Below are positions 63,318 to 64,000 of a DNA stretch of 64,000 nucleotides, one piece after another. Positions within the stretch are counted from its first letter, which is position 1. Each line of letters begins with the position of its first letter. This stretch comes from Gonapodya sp. JEL0774. Its lineage: Eukaryota. The notes under the pieces were generated by a model that worked only from the letters and a program-made list of their open reading frames with translations, did not search any database and was not told the DNA's origin. Location: NCBI GenBank assembly GCA_027604505.1, contig JADIIX010000003.1, positions 62,001 through 126,000 on the forward strand. The letters run 5' to 3'. The position numbers were made by a program, and so were the translations under genes.

Positions 63318-64000
63318 TTAAATTTTCGAGGCGGAAGCCTTCAACTCAGCTCCTCTTCGTCTATATTCCTCAATGTTAGAAGGCCAGAGAGGATCGGAGC
63401 TGACATCGGTGTGCTGCCACCAGGGGTAGTTAGATGGTAGGCCGTACTTTCCATTTGCTGGATCGTTCTTTACATTGAGACGGCCTGCAAATGCAGGAGG
63501 TCTCTTCTCTAAGAACGAAACGGCTCCTGTGCGTTGAAGAATAAAGTCAGTTGCATGCTCGTGCAGGCCACCAGAAGGTGAAGGTACGACGGACCTTCCA
63601 ATCGATCAGTGCCAGTGCTGGTGTGGTGAAGCATCTGGGAGTCAAGCAGATGCTGGCCTTCTGGAGTTTCGGCACCGTGCCAGACCAGTGCTTTGGTTAT
63701 CGCTGTTGACACAACAGAACATTCCACTGCGATTTCTTTCGCCAGTGCAAGTGCTGCAGGCAACACCTGTTCCGCCTTGTCGACAATCTCGGTAAAGAGG
63801 CCTTGAAACAGATGGTTTGATGCGGGAAGCACACGCCCAGTCATCATGAGAGCAAGGGAGCGTGACTTGCCGATGAGTTGTGGGAGGAAGTATGACGACG
63901 CCGCCTGCAAGTTTGCGTGAAAAGAATGGAAAGTTTGTGTTGCGCAACGCTGTCACACGTTGCTATGGTACGAATGGCGGCACTGAAGGCGAACTAACCT
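63318..64000 (-). CDS. Second enoyl-CoA hydratase/isomerase paralog, 3' part, ending SKI
   Basis: AASSYFLPQLIGKSRSLAL, ITKALVWHGAETPEGQHLLDS, GLPSNYPWW...ASASKI*. Runs off the right edge. Confidence 0.88.

Overview
Intron-rich eukaryotic DNA, most consistent with an early-diverging (chytrid-like) fungus; this is inferred from gene content and short GT-AG introns. Most of the window is tightly packed housekeeping genes: PI4-kinase (partial), a J-domain protein, RPL1, a GATA factor, G6PD, LMW-PTP, virilizer, MMM1, MGS1/WRNIP1, DGAT1, a histidine phosphatase, NRAMP, a RING-vWA protein, a PDR ABC transporter, an SDR, two enoyl-CoA hydratases and CK2-beta. A decayed DIRS/Ngaro-like gag lies at about 25.5-26.8 kb. 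The standout region is about 50.0-58.3 kb. A segment of about 5.6 kb carries a spliced, partly decayed gene with tandem serine-recombinase (resolvase-type) domains and a Cys-rich tail, plus a U6 snRNA gene with a downstream B-box. The two end regions of this segment recur, joined and inverted, as a 440-bp unit at 50031-50470. An att-like CGTG core with a quasi-palindromic reconstructed empty site can be read at the boundaries. All calls are from manual reading of motifs; no database searches were run, and exon boundaries are approximate.
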